The translations under genes were made by a program, and so were the position numbers. A stretch of 63,522 nucleotides of DNA, the filler included, from Rhabdomonas costata (Eukaryota): assembly GCA_019059605.1 (NCBI GenBank). It is 52 parts of 52 records of this genome, joined end to end, with 100 filler letters (N's around TTAATTAATTAA, not from the genome) between each part and the next. Parts side by side here need not be neighbours in the genome. Positions count along the whole stretch, not along the records: positions 62,399 to 63,522 come from JAHMHO010027433.1; 51 more parts are not named here. The stretch is one strand, 5' to 3'. The notes under the pieces were generated by a model that was not told the DNA's origin, searched no databases, and was given only the letters and a program-made list of their open reading frames with translations. Positions 62,399-63,522 of this stretch are shown piece after piece (within the stretch, counting starts at the first letter, position 1; each line of letters starts with the position of its first letter).

Positions 62399-63520
62399 AC
62401 TTCGGGCTGACTCCAGCATTTGATCATAGGCCTTCCGTGCCTGCGCGTCTAATAAGGTCTCGTATGCCCGTCGCAGGGCCTGAAACAAGGCGGTTGCCTT
62501 CGTGGTCTCCAGCGGGAATTTATCTGGGTGGCACTCCAATGCCAATCTCCTGTACGCTGCTCTAATTGCCGTGGATGTTGCTTTGCAATGCACCCCCAGC
62601 CCCTCGTAGTGCGACTTGCTCAACGCTTCCTCCAGCTCGTGCAATTTTTCTCTTTCTCTCTGGACTTGCGCTTCCCTTCGGAGCAATGCAACTCGCTCTT
62701 GGGTTTGCTGTGCACGCTGCTTCAGCTTTGCGACCTCGTCCCGCCAAAGATCCATGAGATTCAATCTCTCCTCTCCTTCAAGCTGTTCTAATTCTCGACC
62801 ATTCCTGCCTGCTGGGAGGGACTGAACTCGCTCCTTTACTCCGAGATGGGGGCGTTGAGTTGAGGCTTCTTCACCATTCCCTGGTAACATCCGTGCTGCT
62901 CTCCGAGCTAACGCTGTGCTCTCTTCGACAACGTGGCGTTCCATCAGCTCATCGACTTCCAGCTCCATCCTTTTATCTTGCTCCATGCCGCACAGGCTGC
63001 GCCAGGTCACATCGTGTAGTGGCCCGCACTTTCTTTTCACCATCGCTTGGAGCTTCTGCCTCTCTCTGGATGCTTCAAATGTCATGGTGAATCTGGCTGT
63101 TGCCTCTTGTACTGCTAAGTTCTCATCCCACCGCTCAGTGGGCTCGCGCTCCCCCCGCCGACTGCGTCCCGCTCTCACTTGTTCGCGTCGTCTTTCTCGC
63201 TGCTTCACGCTGGGGCAACTCTCTGCTGACATGCGACTTCTTTGCTGCGTCCAGACTTTCGGAGCTTTACGCTGTTGAGTGGGTCGCCCCATAGCCTGCG
63301 GAGTCTTTCGCGGTTCCCTTTGCTCATACACGAGCAGCGTTGCCTCCTCTGCCCTGTACGACTCCGATGGTCGCACACTTTCATCATCAAAAAGGCACCA
63401 CATTCCGTCTCCTCTTCCCCGAATGTCCACTGTGTAGTGTCCTCCGCCTTCCCACCCCCGGTGATTGACTACGGCCACCAATTCATACATGGCCGTATTA
63501 TGGGGTTCCAGCGACACAGA
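62399..63520 (-). CDS. Intronless multi-domain ORF, open at both ends: USP/peptidase C19 His-box, charged coiled coil, DnaJ J-domain
   Basis: YELVAVVNHRG..GGHY..WCLFDDESV..LLVYE (USP catalytic His and Asp); HYEGLGV..IRAAYRRLALECHPDK..FQALRRAYETLLD..RKAYD (J-domain with HPD). Confidence 0.9.
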
Positions 63521-63522
63521 TG

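Overview
This window is not contiguous DNA. It is 52 unrelated ~1.12-kb contigs joined by 51 artificial 100-nt linkers (N-run + TTAATTAATTAA + N-run), so adjacency between contigs means nothing. The host is an intron-rich flagellated protist, probably a euglenozoan such as a euglenid (inferred from a trypanosome-like IFT57 and several divergent class III cyclases; not verified). The data look whole-genome-amplified: contig ends are G/T- or A/C-only, and there are fold-back chimeras and 1-nt homopolymer indels. Recognisable host exons: IFT57, two axonemal dynein heavy chains, an Oma1/M48 protease, a voltage-gated Ca/Na channel, COX10, an ADCK2/UbiB kinase, a UPF0045 protein, cyclases, and IPT, TPR and Cys-rich domains. 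The main non-host signals are: (1) two divergent copies of an AT-rich Polinton/Maverick (adintovirus-like) virus module with a penton gene, a parvovirus-type PLA2 gene and a shared TATATA(A/C)ATG start motif; (2) a repeated, intronless ORF fusing a USP deubiquitinase His-box, a coiled coil and a J-domain (one intact copy, one pseudogene); (3) a retroelement-type N6-adenine methyltransferase lacking its usual RNase H neighbour; (4) a CRE-like RLE non-LTR retrotransposon; (5) a non-coding contig with a covarying array of GNA-triloop DNA mini-hairpins next to degenerate direct repeats.
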